Origin: a virus | Length of the DNA: 5,829 nt | Direction: 5' to 3' (one strand) | Virus record (IMG/VR): IMGVR_UViG_3300045988_005223 | Coordinates: 1-5,829 of that record | In this document: piece by piece, positions 4,393-5,829 of the stretch | How the letters are laid out: each line of letters begins with the position of its first letter | How positions within the stretch are numbered: the stretch's first letter is position 1 | The notes under the pieces: generated by a model | Told to the model about the DNA's origin: nothing | Seen by the model: the letters and a program-made list of their open reading frames with translations, nothing else | Database searches by the model: none | Position numbers and translations under genes: made by a program

Positions 4393-4509
4393 ATGGCACT
4401 GATTAAGGTCAAAGACGTCAAAGAAGCAATCGCACTGATGATGAGCATCCTCGAAAAGCTCGACGAAATTTACCACGCACTGAAGGATGCAAGCAAAGAC
4501 GAAAAGTAA
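4393..4509 (+). CDS. Hypothetical 38-aa acidic helical protein, absent from the ORF track.
   Basis: The translation is MALIKVKDVKEAIALMMSILEKLDEIYHALKDASKDEK. AAAGAGGT at 4378-4386 lies 6 nt before the ATG. The stop codon is immediately followed by the SD of the next gene. Confidence 0.45.
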   Translation: MALIKVKDVKEAIALMMSILEKLDEIYHALKDASKDEK

Positions 4510-4520
4510 AGGAGAAAAAC

Positions 4521-4775
4521 ATGAAACTGAAATTCTACTCATTCCACGATGCATTGACCAACGGCTATTCTCAGCCGTTTCTGCAAAACAACAGGGCACA
4601 AGCAGTCCGAACGGCACGATGGAAAGCAAACGAAAGCAAGCCAAGCGAAATCGAAGATATCAGCCTAGTTGAACTGGGCGAGTTTGACACGGAGACGGGA
4701 TACATGAGCGAGGCAATGCCCGAGCACATCGCACGGCTCATCGACCTGAAGGAGACGGCCAATGTTAAATCCTGA
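4521..4775 (+). CDS. Small non-structural protein, VP5-like (gokushovirus-type, thought to act in ssDNA synthesis or packaging).
   Basis: This is an 84-aa ORF with AAAGGAG at 4508-4514, 6 nt upstream. The pattern MKLKFYSFHD...GYSQPF...AQAVRTA...EDISLVELGEFDTETG resembles VP5 proteins as I remember them. No search was done. Confidence 0.5.
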   Translation: MKLKFYSFHDALTNGYSQPFLQNNRAQAVRTARWKANESKPSEIEDISLVELGEFDTETGYMSEAMPEHIARLIDLKETANVKS

Positions 4776-5181
4776 AGTAATGGTACGCTACTACGGTATG
4801 CCAACCGAAAAAATGGTAAACAATCCGGGCAGCAAAACCGCACCAACATGGAAAGCAATCAAACGAACGAACGGCACTACCGACTACATCGAGCAGCCGG
4901 ATGAGAACACATACGAGAAAATCCAGCGAGCGGGAGAGGGCTACGACCTTGCAAGCGCGATTGCACGACTGGAAGCGGGAGACACCAGCATCAAAGCAAA
5001 GAGTGTAGTATACACCGAGGGCACTGACCTCGAAAATCTGCCGAAAGACATCATGACGATGCACGAAAAAGTAGAAGCCTCAGCTGAGGCTATGAAGCAG
5101 CTGAAACAGGTGCAGCAAACCGAACAGCCGAAGCCGGAAGAAAAAAAGGAAGAGGTGAAGGAAAACGAACAGAAACAGTGA
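4762..5181 (+). CDS. Putative internal scaffolding protein (VP3-like).
   Basis: This is a 139-aa ORF with GAAGGAG at 4748-4754, 7 nt upstream. It overlaps the previous gene by 14 nt and lies directly before VP1. It has an acidic body and a K/E-rich tail (QPKPEEKKEEVKENEQKQ). The call rests on position and composition only. Confidence 0.4.
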   Translation: MLNPEVMVRYYGMPTEKMVNNPGSKTAPTWKAIKRTNGTTDYIEQPDENTYEKIQRAGEGYDLASAIARLEAGDTSIKAKSVVYTEGTDLENLPKDIMTMHEKVEASAEAMKQLKQVQQTEQPKPEEKKEEVKENEQKQ

Positions 5182-5206
5182 AAACCATTTTGCGCAAGTG
5201 CCGAGA

Positions 5207-5829
5207 ATGCAACGACCGAGAAGCAAATTTGACAGAAGTCATCAGCTCTTGACGACCATCAACGAGGGTGATTTAGTACCTATCTACTGCGATGAGGTAC
5301 TTCCGGGCGATACCGCACGAGTACGGCTAAACGGACTTATCCGTATGAGTACGCCTATCTATCCTATCATGGATAACTGCTATATGGACACTTATTTCTT
5401 CTTTGTGCCGTGCCGTCTGCTTTGGGAGCACTGGGAGAACATGTTCGGCGAGAACGACACCAATTACTGGGCAGAAAAAACCGAATACAGCACACCGACA
5501 AGCATCATCGGCACAAAAATTGGTATCAAAAACGGAAGCATCGGAGATTACTTTGGACTGCCTACGCAGGTAGACAAAGAAATCAAAGTAAACGCGCTAC
5601 CGGCACGTGCATACGCGATGATTTACAACGAGTGGTTTCGAGACGAAAACACTGAAGCACCGTTAATGCTGGGATACAAAAAAACCGATGATGGTGGAGT
5701 AGCTCAGAGCGGAGAAACGGACATCAAAAAATACGCAAACCAACCGGACCAAACAACCAACACAAACGAAGCTACACTATACGGAATGAAGCCGGCAAAG
5801 GCCGGCAAGTTCCACGACTACTTTACGAG
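5207..5829 (+). CDS. VP1: Major capsid protein VP1, 5' part. The frame is open through the window end and continues at base 56 (bases 5775-5829 duplicate 1-55).
   Basis: From ATG 5207 the translation is MQRPRSKFDRSHQLLTTINEGDLVPIYCDEVLPGDTARVRLNGLIRMSTPIYPIMDNCYMDTYFFFVPCRLLWEHWENMFGEN..., followed later by GDYFGLPT...NALPARAYAMIYNEWFRDEN. These are hallmark Microviridae F/VP1 motifs. I translated by hand to 5829 and found no stop. The ORF track omits this ORF because it has no stop in the window. Confidence 0.93.
   Translation, partial: MQRPRSKFDRSHQLLTTINEGDLVPIYCDEVLPGDTARVRLNGLIRMSTPIYPIMDNCYMDTYFFFVPCRLLWEHWENMFGENDTNYWAEKTEYSTPTSIIGTKIGIKNGSIGDYFGLPTQVDKEIKVNALPARAYAMIYNEWFRDENTEAPLMLGYKKTDDGGVAQSGETDIKKYANQPDQTTNTNEATLYGMKPAKAGKFHDYFT
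5775..5829. repeat. Terminal direct overlap, copy 2 (identical to 1..55).
   Basis: Exact 55/55 identity with the window start. Confidence 0.97.

Noticed and set aside
4080-5064. A series of minus-strand ORFs (4080..4448, 4181..4399, 4390..4644, 4571..4858, 4765..5064).
   Set aside because: All are antisense to well-supported + strand genes that have SDs. They lack start signals and have odd Cys/Phe/Leu-rich compositions typical of antisense frames in an A-rich coding strand.
5410-5655. An 81-aa ORF embedded out of frame in VP1. I considered it as a phiX174 E-like overlapping lysis gene.
   Set aside because: It has a GTG start with no SD. The product is Arg/His/Lys-rich with no transmembrane segment, unlike single-gene lysis proteins. 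It is most likely a chance open frame.

Overview
The window is a complete, circularly permuted ssDNA microvirus (Microviridae) genome. Bases 1-55 are identical to bases 5775-5829, so the unit length is 5,774 nt. The major capsid gene VP1 is split across the window ends (5207..5774 joined to 1..1094, 553 aa). All credible genes lie on the + strand. In order they are: VP1; a leaky-terminator hairpin; VP2 (DNA pilot); a ~512-nt non-coding block; VP4 (phiX174 A-like HUH rolling-circle Rep); a ~194-nt spacer with a sigma70-like promoter; a 50-aa ORF; an M15-family zinc peptidase (putative endolysin); a 38-aa Arg-rich J/VP8-like DNA-binding protein; a 38-aa acidic ORF; a VP5-like protein; a putative VP3 scaffold; and then VP1 again. 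Three of these ORFs are too short to appear in the supplied ORF track. The most unusual part is the non-coding block at 1994-2505. It contains two G6/C6 hairpins, a Z-DNA-prone alternating purine-pyrimidine tract, and nine same-orientation TTCAACA iterons (five of them the 10-mer GTTTTCAACA, including a 21-bp perfect direct repeat). It also contains an (ACT)5 microsatellite, an AT-rich CAAC..G element and a perfect 10-bp hairpin abutting the Rep start. This looks like an external iteron-plus-hairpin origin or control module beside rep. That differs from phiX174, where the origin sits inside gene A. The peptidase cassette has no recognisable holin or signal sequence, and an SD-hairpin-ATG arrangement precedes VP2. 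All functional calls rest on motifs I read in the translations. No database search was possible.
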